NCBI GenBank assembly: GCA_002842215.1
Contig: PHCC01000007.1
Coordinates: forward strand, 103,113 to 167,112
Direction of reading: 5' to 3'
DNA from: Betaproteobacteria bacterium HGW-Betaproteobacteria-9
Lineage (GTDB): Bacteria; Pseudomonadota; Gammaproteobacteria; Burkholderiales; Burkholderiaceae_C
DNA length: 64,000 bases
The notes beneath the pieces were generated by a model. The model was not told where the DNA came from. It made no database searches and worked only from the letters and a program-made list of their open reading frames with translations. Positions 63,000-64,000 of the stretch are shown piece by piece. Every line of letters starts with the position of its first letter. Position 1 is the first letter of the stretch. A program made the position numbers and the translations under genes.

Positions 63000-64000
63000 A
63001 TGTCCCTGGTCCAACTGAGCGCGGTCGAGCTGCGCAGACGCATCGGGAACAAAGACGTTTCTCCGGTCGAGCTGCTCGAAGCCTGCATCGCGCGCATCGA
63101 GGCGGTGAACCCGGCGGTGAACGCGATCTGCGCCACCGACTACGAGCGCGCCCGCGCCGCCGCCCGCGCGGCCGAGGCACAGGTATTGCGCGGCGAGCCG
63201 CTGGGTGCGCTGCACGGCCTGCCCCTGGGCGTGAAGGACCTGCAGGACACCGCCGGTCTGCTCACCACCAGCGGCAACGTGGGGCGGCGCGGCCACGTGC
63301 CGCAGCAGGACAACGCGCTCGTGGCCCGGCTGCGCGCGGCCGGCGCCATCGTCACCGCCAAGACCAACGTGCCCGACATGGGCGCCGGCGCCAACACGCG
63401 CAACCCGGTGTGGGGCGCGACCGGCAACCCCTTCAACCCGATGCTCAACGCCGGCGGTTCGTCGGGCGGATCGGCCGCCGCCCTGGCCACCGACATGCTG
63501 CCCCTGTGCACCGGCTCCGACACCGGCGGCTCGCTGCGCATCCCGGCCGCGCTGTGCGGTGTGGTGGGTCTGCGGCCCTCGCCGGGCGTGGTGGCCAACG
63601 ACGCGCGCCCGCTGGGCTGGTCGGTGATCTCGGTGCTCGGCCCCATGGGCCGCACCGTGGCCGACACCGCGCTCATGCTCTCGGCCAGCGTGGGCCGCCA
63701 CCCCATGGACCCGCTCAGCGTGTCGGGTGTCTGCCAGGGCTGGCCGCTGCAGGAAGCCGACCTCTCCAGCCTGCGCATCGGCACGGTGGAAGACTTCGGC
63801 ACCTGCGCCGTGGACCCGGGCATCCGCCGCAGCTTCCGCCAGCGCGTGGCAGCGCTGGCGCGTCACACCCACTCCTGCGAACCGATTGAGTTGAACCTCA
63901 CCGACGGCCACCGCTGCTTCGACATCCTGCGCGCCGAAAGCTTCGTGGCGGCCTTCGCCGACACCTACCGCAACGACCCGGCATCGCTCGGCCCCAACGT
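63000..64000 (+). CDS. Amidase signature family protein (partial, runs off window)
   Basis: GVKD, KTNVP, GGSSGGS, GSDTGGSLRIPA; no stop before window end. Confidence 0.92.
   Translation, partial: MSLVQLSAVELRRRIGNKDVSPVELLEACIARIEAVNPAVNAICATDYERARAAARAAEAQVLRGEPLGALHGLPLGVKDLQDTAGLLTTSGNVGRRGHVPQQDNALVARLRAAGAIVTAKTNVPDMGAGANTRNPVWGATGNPFNPMLNAGGSSGGSAAALATDMLPLCTGSDTGGSLRIPAALCGVVGLRPSPGVVANDARPLGWSVISVLGPMGRTVADTALMLSASVGRHPMDPLSVSGVCQGWPLQEADLSSLRIGTVEDFGTCAVDPGIRRSFRQRVAALARHTHSCEPIELNLTDGHRCFDILRAESFVAAFADTYRNDPASLGPN

Overview
High-GC betaproteobacterial chromosome segment; gene content and order suggest Comamonadaceae (e.g. Hydrogenophaga-like), which is inference. Most of it is ordinary: GntR/oxidoreductase, an orphan motAB-like pair, tRNA-Ala(CGC), an MlaE/MlaD/lipoprotein trio, the queG-tsaE-amiC-mutL...miaA cluster, gdhA and efflux genes. 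A large sugar block follows: porin, LacI, agl-type ABC, GH1, GH13, pgm; then ROK, frc-type ABC, PfkB kinase; then zwf-pgl-edd-eda-pgi-mgsA. Two foreign-looking, lower-GC inserts stand out. (1) A solo 1041-aa gene at 37052-40177 fusing an intact calcineurin-like metallophosphoesterase to a STAND-type P-loop NTPase and a helical C-terminal region, bracketed by two related hairpin elements in inverted orientation. It is a candidate NLR-like anti-phage system in a possibly mobile cassette. (2) A decayed integron at about 55.1-58.9 kb: intI pseudogene, degenerate LexA box, two attC sites, an IS1182 end at a cassette junction, and three cassette-like genes (AbiC-like, HEPN-like, membrane/coiled-coil). 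A dispersed ~80-110 bp multi-hairpin repeat occurs at least 9 times, always in the sense orientation, mostly right after stop codons, and in places may be translated. Protein calls are motif recognition by eye; no searches were run.
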